Assembly (NCBI GenBank): GCA_048268245.1
Contig: JBLWVX010000006.1
Coordinates: forward strand, 32,001 to 96,000
From: Arcobacteraceae bacterium
Lineage (GTDB): Bacteria; Campylobacterota; Campylobacteria; Campylobacterales; Arcobacteraceae
DNA length: 64,000 nt
Reading direction: 5' to 3'
The position numbers and the translations under genes were made by a program. Position 1 is the first letter of the stretch. Every line of letters begins with the position of its first letter. The notes beneath the pieces are model-generated. The model saw only the letters and a list, made by a program, of their open reading frames with translations, was not told the origin of the DNA and ran no database searches. Positions 38,550-49,459 of this stretch are shown piece after piece.

Positions 38550-38957
38550 ATGGCAGCAGGACAAGAGACAATATTAGATGATTATGCATTTTTAGTAAGT
38601 GAAACAGATGCAAATGGAATAATAAGATTTGCGAACAATGATTTTTGTAGTATAGCAGAGTATTCAATAAATGAATTATTAGGACAACCACATAGTATAG
38701 TAAGACATAAAGATATGCCGAAAAAAGCATTTAAATCATTATGGGACACAGTACAAAGAGGAGAGATTTGGACAGGATATGTAAAGAATGCTACAAAATC
38801 AGGAGGGTATTATTGGGTATATGCAACAGTATATCCATTTGAGTCATGTGATGGATCTAAAGGTTACCTGTCTTGTAGAAGAAAAGCTTCTCCTAAAGAA
38901 ATCACAGCATCTGAAGAACTTTATGCTACCTGGAACAAAGAGGAAGGAAAATTTTAA
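38550..38957 (+). CDS. Stand-alone Aer-type PAS protein (CetB-like)
   Basis: LVSETD, HSIVRHKDMP, W..YVKN..K.G.YYWV motifs; AAGGA RBS before ATG 38550. Confidence 0.88.
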   Translation: MAAGQETILDDYAFLVSETDANGIIRFANNDFCSIAEYSINELLGQPHSIVRHKDMPKKAFKSLWDTVQRGEIWTGYVKNATKSGGYYWVYATVYPFESCDGSKGYLSCRRKASPKEITASEELYATWNKEEGKF

Positions 38958-39526
38958 ACCTCTACTCTACTTTGTATAGCTTTTGATAGAGATAAGATAT
39001 CTACATTCTCTAGACTAACACCTGTTGGAACACCTTGAGCTATTTTTGAAAACTGAATGTTCTTATCTTTTAACTTATCTTCTATAAATAAGATAAAAGC
39101 ATCATTTGCAATTGAAGGTGTTATAGCAAATAAAACCATTTGAACTTCATTTTCAACAACAAATCTATTTAAAGCATCAATAGCTTCTTGGTCTAATTCT
39201 TCAATTACAAAATATTTCCCATCAAACTGTTTAGAGTCTTCGATAATAAATATATCTTTCGCACTTTGAACAATACATAATTTTGTATTATCTCTTGAGT
39301 CATCTAAACAAAACTCACATATTTCATGTTCACTCATAGAGCCACATTTTACACATTTCGTTATATTTTTTAAAGCATTTTCAATACTATGAGCAATTTT
39401 AATACCGCAGTAATTGTCATTCATTACTACATGATATGCCAATCTTAGTGCAGACTTTTTACCAATAGTTGGTAGAGACTCAAAAGCCTCAACTAATTCA
39501 TAAAATTTTTCTAATCCTTTTTTCAT
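38954..39526 (-). CDS. recR: Recombination mediator RecR
   Basis: LPTIGKKSA.RLA, C4 zinc finger, IAQGVP. Confidence 0.95.
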   Translation of the reverse strand: MKKGLEKFYELVEAFESLPTIGKKSALRLAYHVVMNDNYCGIKIAHSIENALKNITKCVKCGSMSEHEICEFCLDDSRDNTKLCIVQSAKDIFIIEDSKQFDGKYFVIEELDQEAIDALNRFVVENEVQMVLFAITPSIANDAFILFIEDKLKDKNIQFSKIAQGVPTGVSLENVDILSLSKAIQSRVEV

Positions 39527-39612
39527 GGGTGGATTATATCTTATTTTTATAATATTTTAGATAAAATCGCGTAAATTAAACAAATATAAAAAATTATTTA
39601 GGAGATATTTAA

Positions 39613-40731
39613 TTGACTGAATTAGATTATTACGAAGTATTAGAAGTAAGTAGAGATGCACAAAAAAGTGAAATTAAAAAAGCTTACAGAAAAATGGCGA
39701 TGAAGTATCACCCAGATAAAAACCCTGATGATCATGAAGCTGAAGAAAAATTTAAATCAGTAAATGAAGCATACCAGGTTTTAAGTGATGAAGAAAAAAG
39801 ATCAATTTATGATAGATATGGTAAGCAAGGCTTAGAAGGTCATGGACAAGGTGGAGGTTTCTCTGGTGGTTTCGATGATTTAAGTTCTGTATTTGAAGAG
39901 ATGTTCGGTTCTGCATTTGGTGGAGGTGGCTCTAGAAGACAAAGAAAAACATACAATTATAATTTAGATATCGCAGTTGAAGTTAAACTAGAATTTAATG
40001 AAGCTGTATTTGGATGTAATAAAGAGATAGACTATACTTATAAAAGAGCATGTAAATCTTGTAAGGGTACAGGTGCAAAAGATGGAAAGCTATCTACTTG
40101 TAAAACTTGTGCTGGTCAAGGTCAAGTTCATACAAGACAAGGTTTTATGACTTTTGCTCAAACATGTCCAACTTGTCAAGGAACTGGTCAAGCACCTAGT
40201 GCTTCATGTAAGTCATGTAGTGGTACTGGATATGATGAAGTTAAAGACTCATTTAAAGTTGATATACCTGAGGGTGTAAATGATGGAATGAGAATTAGAG
40301 TTTCAAATAAGGGGAATATTGCACCAGATGGTTCAAGAGGTGACTTATATTTACAAGTAAATGTAAAAGAAGATTCTCACTTTGTTAGAAATGATGATGA
40401 TATTTATCTTGAAGCGCCTATTTTCTTCACACAAGTAGCTCTTGGAGATAAAATAAAAGTTCCAGGACTTAGAGGTGAATTAGAATTAGAAATACCAGCA
40501 GGAGCTAAAGATAAGCAACAGTTTAGATTTAGAGGTGAAGGTGTTAAGTCTGTTCAAGGATATGGACAAGGAGATTTAATCGTACAAATTAAGATTGAGT
40601 ATCCAAAAGCTTTAAATGCTGAGCAAAAAGAACTACTTGAAAAATTACAAGAGAGTTTTGGTGTTGAAAGTAAACCCCATGAGTCAAGCTTTGAAAATAT
40701 GTTTGACAAAGTTAAGAAGTGGTTTAGCTAA
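39613..40731 (+). CDS. dnaJ: Chaperone DnaJ
   Basis: J domain HPD, G/F-rich region, four CxxCxGxG repeats. Confidence 0.98.
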   Translation: MTELDYYEVLEVSRDAQKSEIKKAYRKMAMKYHPDKNPDDHEAEEKFKSVNEAYQVLSDEEKRSIYDRYGKQGLEGHGQGGGFSGGFDDLSSVFEEMFGSAFGGGGSRRQRKTYNYNLDIAVEVKLEFNEAVFGCNKEIDYTYKRACKSCKGTGAKDGKLSTCKTCAGQGQVHTRQGFMTFAQTCPTCQGTGQAPSASCKSCSGTGYDEVKDSFKVDIPEGVNDGMRIRVSNKGNIAPDGSRGDLYLQVNVKEDSHFVRNDDDIYLEAPIFFTQVALGDKIKVPGLRGELELEIPAGAKDKQQFRFRGEGVKSVQGYGQGDLIVQIKIEYPKALNAEQKELLEKLQESFGVESKPHESSFENMFDKVKKWFS

Positions 40732-40805
40732 AATATAAAACACTTACTTTATTATAAACCTTGTTATAGTATAATAGATTATTATTACTATAATAAGGCT
40801 ATTTA

Positions 40806-43800
40806 ATGTATAAATACATTTTTTTATTTTTTATTTCTATAACTACCCTATTTTCTCACTATATTGAACTTTCTACTGTTTATGATAAAACTCTTATTTT
40901 TAACAAAGAAGAGTTAAATTATATAAAAAATCATCCAATAATTGATGTTGGAGTTGAAGAAGACTGGCCACCCTTTGATTTTGTAGAAAATAGTGTTTAT
41001 AAAGGAATAGCAAAAGATTATTTGGATCTAATTGAGAAAAAAAGTGGACTTAAATTTAGATATAACTATGGATATAGTTGGAGTGAACTATTAGATTTAG
41101 CAAAAAATAAGAAAATAGATTTATTACCTATTTTATTTAAAAATAAAAAAAGAGAAGAATTTCTAGAGTTTACACAAAAAAGTTATATAAATATAAGAGA
41201 TTATTTATATAGTACTAAAAAATTTGCTTCAATAGAAAAATTAAATGGAAAAAAAATAGCAATACCTAAAGGTTATGCCCAAGAGATCTTCATAAAAAAC
41301 AACTATCCTGATATTAAAATCTATTATGTTAAAGATATTTTAGAAGCAATGGATGCAGTAATTTTAAATAAAGCTGATGCTTTTATTTCTAATATTGCAT
41401 TAGTTCAGTATTTAATCAAAAAGCATAATATTAGTGGTATAAAAGCACAGTTTTTGATTAATAAGCAGAATAAACTTTATATGGCAACCCCAAAAGACTC
41501 TTTTATTTTAAAATCTATAATTGATAAATCATTAAATTTAATAAGCACTTCTGAAAAAAATTTAATTTATTCAAAATGGATAGAAAATAATAAACATATC
41601 CAAGTTAGCTTTTTTACAAATCAAGAAGAGAGTTTTATAAATAAAAATAAAAAAATATATATTGCAAATGAATTATGCTGGATTCCCTATGATTACTATG
41701 AAAATGGCAAACCAAAAGGATTTGTTGTTGACTATATAAAACTTTTATTTTCCAAAATAGGAATTGAGCCTATTTTTGTAACTGATAAGTGGTCTGCCTT
41801 AATGGAAAAGTTCAAAAATAAAGAGATAGACCTTCTTCCTGTAGTAGCACATAACAAAAAAAGAGAAGAGTTTTTATCTTATACAAAAGAGTATTTAAAG
41901 CAAGAATTTATTTTAATTACAAATAACTACACTAGTGATATTGTGAATATTGATGATTTAGATGGAAAAAAAGTGGCACTGGTAAAAGGTTGGACTTTAA
42001 CTTCGATTATTAAAAAATATTTTCCAAGTATTGAATTAATTGAAGTTGATACTTTAAAAGATGTTTTTGATGCTGTAAAAAATAACATTGCAAATGCAAC
42101 AATACAAAATAAGTTAATAGGAACTTACTATATAAATAAACACTATTCTTTAAATTTAAAAGCTGTTTCAGAAGTAAAATTAAAAGATTATAACAATAAG
42201 CTTTTTATGGGAGTAAATAAAGAGAAAGAAGAATTAGTAAATATTATAAACAAGTCAATGGACTTAATTTCTAAAAGTGAACTAGATGCTTTAAACGAAA
42301 AATGGTTAAGTATTTCCAAAGATATAAATTTTACTAGAGAAGAACAAGATTTTATAGATAATAAAATAGTTAATGTAGCATACACTGATAACTGGGCTCC
42401 AATAAGTTATGAAGAAAATGGTCAAGCATATGGTTTAGGTTTTGATTTTTGGGAATACATAGTAAAAAAGTCAAAATTAAAAGTAAATCTAAACTTCAAA
42501 AGTAATTTTACTGAAGCATTAGATGATATAAAAAACAAAAGAAATGATATCATCATAACAACTTCACAAACTAGTGATAGACAAAAGTATTCGATATTTA
42601 CTGATGTATACTTTAAAGCACCATTAGGAATAGCTACTTTACAAAATAGTAACTATATTCCAGATGGTTCATATTTACTTGATAAAAGAGTTGGTGTTGG
42701 AAAGAATTATACAGCTCATAAACTATTAAAAGAAGCCTACCCTAATATGAACTTTGTATTACTTAAAAATGTACAACATGGATTTGAACTTTTATCTAAT
42801 GGGAAAATAGATGCATTAGTTGAATCAATGCCTATTTTAGCTCATAATATAAGAAAATACGCATATAGTAATATAAAAATATCAGGAAGTATAGGAATTA
42901 ATTTTGATTTACAAATGATGATAAGAGATGATTATGAAGTTCTTCAATCAATCATAAATAAAGTTTTAAATACAATGACTCCTGATGAAAAAAGAAAAAT
43001 ATATGAAAAATGGTCAAAGTTAGAGCATACACAAGCATTTGATTATTCTGTTTTATGGAAATACTTTTTACCATTTTTTGTAATAATATTGATTATACTT
43101 TATAAAAATAGACAACTTTTAAATTATCAAAATAGTTTAAAGAAAACTCAAAAAGAACTTGAAAATACTGTAGAAAACTTTAGAGCTTTGATTAATCTTA
43201 CTATTGAAGGAATATTTATTATTAAAGGTAATAAGATTCTATTTTCAAATATAGAAGCTTTAATAATGTTTAATATAAATAAAAAATATTTACACAATAT
43301 AGACTTTAATTCACTTTTTAAATTTAATGATGAAAAAAGTTTAACAAACATAATAAGTGAGGCAAAAACGAAAACTTACGAATTAACAGCAGTAAAAAGA
43401 AACAATAAAACTTTTCCTATTTTACTTAAGTCAAAAACGATTCTTTTTAAAGGAGAGAATTGTGATATTATTTCTGTTATTGATATGAGTGAAATTAAAG
43501 ATAAAGAACAGCTTATTATTCAACAGTCAAAAATGGCAAGTTTAGGTGAGATGATTGGAAATATTGCACATCAATGGAGACAACCTTTGAGTTTTATTTC
43601 TACAGCAGCAACTGGTATGAAATTGCAAAAAGAGTTTGATCAACTTGATGATAAAACTTTTAATGACACAATTGATAATATCGCTCAAACAACAATGTTT
43701 TTATCACAAACTATTGATGACTTTCAAAACTATTTAAAAACAGATAAGACAAAGATGCAATTTAATCTGAGTTCTAGTATAGAAAAACTTTTAAATATTG

Positions 43801-44234
43801 TAAAAAGTTCATTTACAAATAACTTTATTGATATTGAACTTAGTTTGGATAAGCAAATTAATTTAAACTCTTTTGAAAACGAACTAAATCAAGCCTTATT
43901 AAATATAATCAATAATTCAAAAGATGCTTTAAAAGAAAAAGATTTTGATGATAGATTTATAAAAATAAATACCTTTAAAAAAGCAAACAGTGCTATTATA
44001 GAAATAATTGATAATGCAGGAGGTATTAATCCTGAAATAATTGATAGAATCTTTGAACCATACTTTACAACAAAACATAAAAGCCAAGGTACAGGCCTTG
44101 GACTATATATGACTCATAAAATTGTTAGTGAGAGTTTAAAGGGTGAAATTAAAGTTCAAAATTTATCTTATGTTTTCCAAGAAAGAAATTTTGATAAATG
44201 TACAAAAGTAACCATTATACTTCCACTTTCATAA
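40806..44234 (+). CDS. Sensor histidine kinase with three periplasmic binding-protein domains
   Basis: Repeated WPPF/WIPY/WAPI PBP domains, TM, PAS-like, IAHQWRQPL, GTGLGL. Confidence 0.9.
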   Translation: MYKYIFLFFISITTLFSHYIELSTVYDKTLIFNKEELNYIKNHPIIDVGVEEDWPPFDFVENSVYKGIAKDYLDLIEKKSGLKFRYNYGYSWSELLDLAKNKKIDLLPILFKNKKREEFLEFTQKSYINIRDYLYSTKKFASIEKLNGKKIAIPKGYAQEIFIKNNYPDIKIYYVKDILEAMDAVILNKADAFISNIALVQYLIKKHNISGIKAQFLINKQNKLYMATPKDSFILKSIIDKSLNLISTSEKNLIYSKWIENNKHIQVSFFTNQEESFINKNKKIYIANELCWIPYDYYENGKPKGFVVDYIKLLFSKIGIEPIFVTDKWSALMEKFKNKEIDLLPVVAHNKKREEFLSYTKEYLKQEFILITNNYTSDIVNIDDLDGKKVALVKGWTLTSIIKKYFPSIELIEVDTLKDVFDAVKNNIANATIQNKLIGTYYINKHYSLNLKAVSEVKLKDYNNKLFMGVNKEKEELVNIINKSMDLISKSELDALNEKWLSISKDINFTREEQDFIDNKIVNVAYTDNWAPISYEENGQAYGLGFDFWEYIVKKSKLKVNLNFKSNFTEALDDIKNKRNDIIITTSQTSDRQKYSIFTDVYFKAPLGIATLQNSNYIPDGSYLLDKRVGVGKNYTAHKLLKEAYPNMNFVLLKNVQHGFELLSNGKIDALVESMPILAHNIRKYAYSNIKISGSIGINFDLQMMIRDDYEVLQSIINKVLNTMTPDEKRKIYEKWSKLEHTQAFDYSVLWKYFLPFFVIILIILYKNRQLLNYQNSLKKTQKELENTVENFRALINLTIEGIFIIKGNKILFSNIEALIMFNINKKYLHNIDFNSLFKFNDEKSLTNIISEAKTKTYELTAVKRNNKTFPILLKSKTILFKGENCDIISVIDMSEIKDKEQLIIQQSKMASLGEMIGNIAHQWRQPLSFISTAATGMKLQKEFDQLDDKTFNDTIDNIAQTTMFLSQTIDDFQNYLKTDKTKMQFNLSSSIEKLLNIVKSSFTNNFIDIELSLDKQINLNSFENELNQALLNIINNSKDALKEKDFDDRFIKINTFKKANSAIIEIIDNAGGINPEIIDRIFEPYFTTKHKSQGTGLGLYMTHKIVSESLKGEIKVQNLSYVFQERNFDKCTKVTIILPLS

Positions 44235-44305
44235 GAGATTAAAAACTTATAGAATATAATGTTTGCCATTTTATTACGGTTATTAAAGACAAAAGGAAGC
44301 AATTT

Positions 44306-45523
44306 ATGGGTAAATCTTATTTAGAATCATATCCTGATGAAAATGGTTACTTTGGAAAATTTGGTGGGTCATTTATTCCTCCAATGTTAGAAAAACCATT
44401 TGCAGATATCACAAAAGCATATGAAGAGATTAAAAACTCTCCTGAATTTATTGAAGAGTTAAAATATGTTAGAAAGCATTTTCAAGGAAGACCAACTCCT
44501 ATAACTTATGCTAAAAATTTAACAGCACACTGTGGCGGAGCTAAGATTTATTTGAAAAGAGAGGATTTAAATCATTCAGGTGCACACAAATTAAATCATT
44601 GTATGGCAGAAGTTATCTTAGCTAAACATATGGGCTTCAAAAAAGTAATTGCAGAAACTGGTGCTGGGCAACATGGAGTAGCTTTAGCAACTGCTGCTGC
44701 TTATTTTGGCTTAGAGTGTGAAATACATATGGGTGAAGTTGATATTGCAAAAGAGCATCCAAATGTAGTTAGGATGAAAATTTTAGGTGCAAAAGTTGTT
44801 CCTGCAACTCATGGTTTAAAAACACTTAAAGAAGCAGTTGATTCTGCCTTTGAATCTTATGTATCTCAGGCTGATACTGCAATTTATTGTATTGGTTCTG
44901 TTGTAGGTCCACATCCTTTCCCAATGATGGTTAGAGATTTCCAAAGTATTATAGGAATAGAATCTCGTGAGCAATTCTTTGAACATGAAGATAATCTACC
45001 TAATAATGTAGTTGCTTGTGTTGGTGGTGGATCAAATGCTATGGGTATTTTTGCTGGTTTTATTGATGATAAAGAAGTAGAACTTTATGGAGTTGAACCA
45101 ATGGGTAGAGGTAAAGAACTTGGTGAACATGCAGCTACTTTAACATATGGTACTGAGGGTGTAATGCATGGATTTAACTCTGTTATGCTAAAAGATGAAA
45201 ATGGTGAACCTGCACCTGTATATTCAATTGGTTCGGGTATTGATTACCCATCAGTTGGTCCTGAACATGCATACTTAAAAGAAACTGGTAGAACTAAAAT
45301 AGGTCTTTGTAATGACAAAGAAGCTGTTGATGCTTTTTATAAATTATCTCAATTAGAAGGTATTATTCCCGCTTTAGAATCTGCACATGCAGTTGGATTT
45401 GCTATGAAGTTAGCTAAAGAGCTTCCTTCAAGTGAAACAATCTTAGTTAATCTTAGTGGTAGAGGTGACAAGGATATTGATTTTGTTATTGAAAACCACC
45501 CTATTCCAAACGCTAAATTCTAG
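44306..45523 (+). CDS. trpB: Tryptophan synthase beta chain
   Basis: [35 protein letters not shown] and LSGRGDKD motifs. Confidence 0.96.
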   Translation: MGKSYLESYPDENGYFGKFGGSFIPPMLEKPFADITKAYEEIKNSPEFIEELKYVRKHFQGRPTPITYAKNLTAHCGGAKIYLKREDLNHSGAHKLNHCMAEVILAKHMGFKKVIAETGAGQHGVALATAAAYFGLECEIHMGEVDIAKEHPNVVRMKILGAKVVPATHGLKTLKEAVDSAFESYVSQADTAIYCIGSVVGPHPFPMMVRDFQSIIGIESREQFFEHEDNLPNNVVACVGGGSNAMGIFAGFIDDKEVELYGVEPMGRGKELGEHAATLTYGTEGVMHGFNSVMLKDENGEPAPVYSIGSGIDYPSVGPEHAYLKETGRTKIGLCNDKEAVDAFYKLSQLEGIIPALESAHAVGFAMKLAKELPSSETILVNLSGRGDKDIDFVIENHPIPNAKF

Positions 45524-45528
45524 TATAT

Positions 45529-45558
45529 AAAAAAGGAAAATATTTTTTTCCTTTTTTA
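45529..45558 (+). terminator. trpB terminator
   Basis: AAAAAAGGAAAA...TTTTCCTTTTTT hairpin. Confidence 0.65.
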
Positions 45559-45702
45559 TTTTTTAATCTCATAAATATCTAAATATAAGTAATAATTTCT
45601 TCCTATTTATGATAAGCGTAATACCTATGTTTTTAATGTGGCTTAAAATATTGTTTTGTGCTATTAGTGGTTTAGTTATGATATTTATAAGGGTAACTTT
45701 AC

Positions 45703-46599
45703 TTATGAGTTTTTTCTTTCATGGCTTATAAGATATAAACCAGAGAAGATAACAATAATAGCTCCTATAATTGTTAGCATATCTGGGATATGTTTGAAAA
45801 TAAGCCAACCTAAAATTGAAGCACTTATAATCTCTAAATATTGAAATGAGGCTAAACTTGAAGCTTTAGAGTGATAGAAAGCTTTCGAAACTAATAATTG
45901 AACTATTGTTGTTATCACACCTAAAAGAAGTACCAACCACCAATCATTGAAATCTATTTGGTTAAAACCAAATGAATCAATATTTAAAAGCTCACAAACA
46001 ACTATAATAATACTTAAAAGAATAGTTGAAACTAAACCAATATAAAATTGCAAACTTTTACTATTTGTTTTAGTAGAAACCTGTCTTAAACTAATTAAAT
46101 ATAAGGCATAAAAAATAGCTGATACAATGGGAAAAATTGAAGCCATACCATAAGCAGACCAGTTTGGTCTTATAATAATTAAAGTACCAATAAGTCCAAT
46201 AATTACAGCAATTATATGATTTTTCTGAAGTTTTTCTTTAAGTATAATTACACTTAAGAGTGTAAGTACAAGAGGTTCTATAAAAAATAGTGCTATATTA
46301 TTTGCTAAAGGAAGATACTTTAATCCCCAAAATAGGAAAACAATTGAACAACTTATGTATATACTTACTAAGATATATTTTTTATTAAAAGTAGATATCT
46401 TATATTTTAAACTGTTAGATAATATTATAAGTATAATAGCTTGTATAAGAAATCTCAACCAAGCTATTTGTAAAGTAGTATAAGAACTTGACAACCATTT
46501 TGCAATAGCATCACTAAAAGGTAGAAGCAATACAGCTAATACCATAAATATAATACCTTTAAAATTTTCTTGATTTTGATTTGTGAAAGTTTTTTGCAT
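45703..46599 (-). CDS. DMT/EamA family transporter
   Basis: About 10 TM helices, LKEK, IIRP motifs. Confidence 0.9.
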   Translation of the reverse strand: MQKTFTNQNQENFKGIIFMVLAVLLLPFSDAIAKWLSSSYTTLQIAWLRFLIQAIILIILSNSLKYKISTFNKKYILVSIYISCSIVFLFWGLKYLPLANNIALFFIEPLVLTLLSVIILKEKLQKNHIIAVIIGLIGTLIIIRPNWSAYGMASIFPIVSAIFYALYLISLRQVSTKTNSKSLQFYIGLVSTILLSIIIVVCELLNIDSFGFNQIDFNDWWLVLLLGVITTIVQLLVSKAFYHSKASSLASFQYLEIISASILGWLIFKHIPDMLTIIGAIIVIFSGLYLISHERKNS

Positions 46600-46676
46600 T
46601 AGAGAATTATAACAAAATATAATTTTATTAAGCTTTTATTTTTATTTGATAAAATTAAGTAATACAAGGAATTAAT

Positions 46677-47279
46677 ATGAAACTAGAATATGCAGGATTA
46701 AAACCAATTATTAGTGAACATGGTATTACCTTTAAAGATGGTAAAGAAGATAAGTTTAAGTACTTAAAATACGCAGCAGAACTTTTAGAAGCTTTTGATC
46801 ATGAATATAAAAGAAAAACAAACTATACCCATGAGCTTAAAGAGCAAAGATTATCGTCTAATGAGATGTTAAAACTTATATTAAAATTTCATCCTAATAT
46901 CGAAAGTAGTATGCAAACTGAAATTAATTCATATTTAAAACACTTGGATGAAGAAGAAAATGATGTACAAAATAGAAGTTTATTAAATGAGCTTGAAAAA
47001 GAAGCTTTTATAAATAATCTAAAAATAATGAGAGAATATAAAATACAAAGAGCTAGAAATAAGATTTTTTATTTTCATTGTATTGAGACAATAGTTGAAC
47101 TTATTATTGAACATGAGATAAAACATATTGAAGTTCCTTTTAATGAAAGATTTTGGCATGTTCTACAAACTTTACAAGGTAAGCTTTCAGAACATAAAAT
47201 ATCAAGTGATATATCTACAACTAAAAATGACGAAGCATTAAAAGCCATTTTAAAAGTGGCAATCTTTCCTTCAAAATAG
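46677..47279 (+). CDS. Hypothetical protein
   Basis: 200-aa ORF with AAGGA RBS, followed by a hairpin at about 47273-47303. Confidence 0.75.
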   Translation: MKLEYAGLKPIISEHGITFKDGKEDKFKYLKYAAELLEAFDHEYKRKTNYTHELKEQRLSSNEMLKLILKFHPNIESSMQTEINSYLKHLDEEENDVQNRSLLNELEKEAFINNLKIMREYKIQRARNKIFYFHCIETIVELIIEHEIKHIEVPFNERFWHVLQTLQGKLSEHKISSDISTTKNDEALKAILKVAIFPSK

Positions 47280-47381
47280 TAAGTAAATAAAACTTACTAT
47301 TTTATCAACTAACAAATTACAAATACAAAAAATTAAATTATAAAGCTAAACTAACAATATATAATACAAAAAGGATTCAAT

Positions 47382-48149
47382 ATGAATACTATTTTATCAA
47401 TTGCTGGTAGTGATAGTGGTGGAGGTGCTGGAATACAAGCAGATATAAAAAGTTCCTTATATCACAATGGTTTTATGACAACTGCTATTACAACTATTAC
47501 AGCTCAAAATACCTTAGGTGTTCAAGGAGTAGTTCCTTTAAATCCTAGCTTTGTAAAACAACAAATAGACTCTGTAATAACAGACTTTGATGTAAAAGCT
47601 GTAAAAATAGGTATGTTAGGCTCACAAGATTTAATAGAAGTTGTAAAAGATTATATAAAGCATTTAAATATTCCAGTAGTTTTAGACCCTGTAGCAATAT
47701 CAAGAGCAAATTCAAAACTTTTAGATGATGATTGTATTGAGAGTTTAAAGCAACTTTTTTCACTCGCTACACTTATCACTCCAAATAGATATGAAGCTAA
47801 AGAGTTTTTTAAAGTTGAGCATATTGAAGATATTTTATCTTGCGATAATTATGATACTAACATTTTATTCAAAGATATTGAAGATAATGAAGACTTTGCA
47901 GTTGATGTATTAAAAACAAGTGATGGAAAACTTGAATATTTTCAAACTAAAAGAGCTAGTGATTTAAATACTCATGGTACAGGATGTTCATACAGTGCAG
48001 CAATTGCAACGCTATTGTCTTATGATGATGATTTAAAAGCTGTAATAAAAGAAGCAAAAGAGTATATATATGAAGCAATTGTAAATGCACCTAATTTAGG
48101 GAGTGGAAATGGACCTATAAAACATAATTTAAAAGGTTTAAAATGCTAA
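47382..48149 (+). CDS. thiD: Hydroxymethylpyrimidine/phosphomethylpyrimidine kinase
   Basis: IAGSDSGGGAGIQAD, AQNT, KIGML, DPV, TPN and HGTGC motifs. Confidence 0.95.
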   Translation: MNTILSIAGSDSGGGAGIQADIKSSLYHNGFMTTAITTITAQNTLGVQGVVPLNPSFVKQQIDSVITDFDVKAVKIGMLGSQDLIEVVKDYIKHLNIPVVLDPVAISRANSKLLDDDCIESLKQLFSLATLITPNRYEAKEFFKVEHIEDILSCDNYDTNILFKDIEDNEDFAVDVLKTSDGKLEYFQTKRASDLNTHGTGCSYSAAIATLLSYDDDLKAVIKEAKEYIYEAIVNAPNLGSGNGPIKHNLKGLKC

Positions 48150-48265
48150 AAGGTTTATACGTTATTAGTGATGATACACTAACTCCTGATGAAACTATTT
48201 ATGATGATATTAAAAAAGATTTAGTTGTAAATAAAGCTGCTTATTATACAAGTCTTTTTAAATAA
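48143..48265 (+). pseudogene. thiE: Remnant of thiamine-phosphate synthase (40 aa)
   Basis: MLKGLYVISDDTLTPDETIYDDIKKDLVVNKAAYYTSLFK; ThiE-type N-terminus overlapping the thiD stop, with the catalytic core absent. Confidence 0.65.
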
Positions 48266-48275
48266 AGGATTTATT

Positions 48276-49031
48276 ATGTCTAAAAATATATGGATAATTG
48301 GTGCTAGTAGTGGTATTGGCTATGAGCTTACAAAATTATATTTGCAAAATGGCTATACCGTAGTAGCAAGTTCAAGAAATGCAAAAGAGTCATACGAGTT
48401 AAATAGTTTAAAATCATCTTTTAAACAAACTTTATATTTAAAAGACGTGGATGTTCAAAGTAGTTCATCTATAAGTGAAGCTGCTTTATTTGTATGGAAG
48501 AAATTAAATTACCTTGATGTATGTATTTTTAATGCAGGAGTTTATGAAGTCTCACCACTAAATAGTTTAAATATAGATGAGTTTGAAAAAATGACAGATA
48601 TAAACTATCTTGGGGCTGTTAGACTTACAAATATTATCACAGCAAAGTTTGAAAATCAAGGTTTTGGAAAATTAGTTTTTAATGCTAGTTTATCTAGTTA
48701 TTTTGGTTTACCAAATGCAGGTGCTTATGGTGCTAGTAAAGCAGCACTTGTAAATTTTGCACAAGCTATTCAGCCAGAACTTCTAAAGAAAAATATTGAA
48801 CTTCAAATAATAAACCATGGCTTTGTAAAAACAAGACTTACAAATAAAAACAGTTTTGATATGCCTCAATTAATGAGTAGTAAAACAGCTGCAATTGAAA
48901 TCTTTCATAATCTAAACAAAGAGTATCAATTTGAAATAAAATTTCCATTTAAGCTTTCATTTTTCTTGTATTTATTAAATGTATTGCCATATAAAATCTC
49001 TTTAGCAATTACAAAAGGATTGTTAAAATGA
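48276..49031 (+). CDS. Short-chain dehydrogenase/reductase
   Basis: GASSGIG, NAG and YGASK motifs. Confidence 0.93.
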   Translation: MSKNIWIIGASSGIGYELTKLYLQNGYTVVASSRNAKESYELNSLKSSFKQTLYLKDVDVQSSSSISEAALFVWKKLNYLDVCIFNAGVYEVSPLNSLNIDEFEKMTDINYLGAVRLTNIITAKFENQGFGKLVFNASLSSYFGLPNAGAYGASKAALVNFAQAIQPELLKKNIELQIINHGFVKTRLTNKNSFDMPQLMSSKTAAIEIFHNLNKEYQFEIKFPFKLSFFLYLLNVLPYKISLAITKGLLK

Positions 49032-49459
49032 ATTATTCAAAATATATACAAAACTACGCTTTGTTTTTTGAGAATTTAAACAAAGATATATCTATACAAG
49101 AATATGAAAACATATTTAGTAAAGATATATATTTTGAAGACCCTTTTCAAAAAACAAAAGGAATAAACTCAATATATAATATTTTTGACCATATGTATAA
49201 ATCTTTAGATGAGCCAAGATTTATAGTAAAAGAGATAATTGAAAATGAGAATATTGCTTATTTACAATGGAACTTTATCTTTAAATACAAAAATAGTAAA
49301 AATATAGAAAGTTTTACAGGAGTTAGTAGAATTGAGTTGAATGAAGACTTAAAAGTTGTATCACATATTGATTATTGGGATGCAGCTTCAAATATCTATG
49401 AAAAAGTGCCAGTATTAAAGTCAATTTTACGTTTTATAAAAAATAAGATAAAAGCATGA
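49028..49459 (+). CDS. NTF2/SnoaL-like protein
   Basis: FEDPF...G and HIDYWD motifs. Confidence 0.88.
   Translation: MNYSKYIQNYALFFENLNKDISIQEYENIFSKDIYFEDPFQKTKGINSIYNIFDHMYKSLDEPRFIVKEIIENENIAYLQWNFIFKYKNSKNIESFTGVSRIELNEDLKVVSHIDYWDAASNIYEKVPVLKSILRFIKNKIKA

Noticed and set aside
45609..45737. Hydrophobic 42-aa plus-strand ORF after the trpB terminator
   Set aside because: No RBS, overlaps the convergent DMT gene end, and hydrophobicity is expected from T-rich DNA
47280..47381. TPP riboswitch upstream of thiD
   Set aside because: The region is short and very AT-rich, with no CTGAGA or other TPP aptamer core
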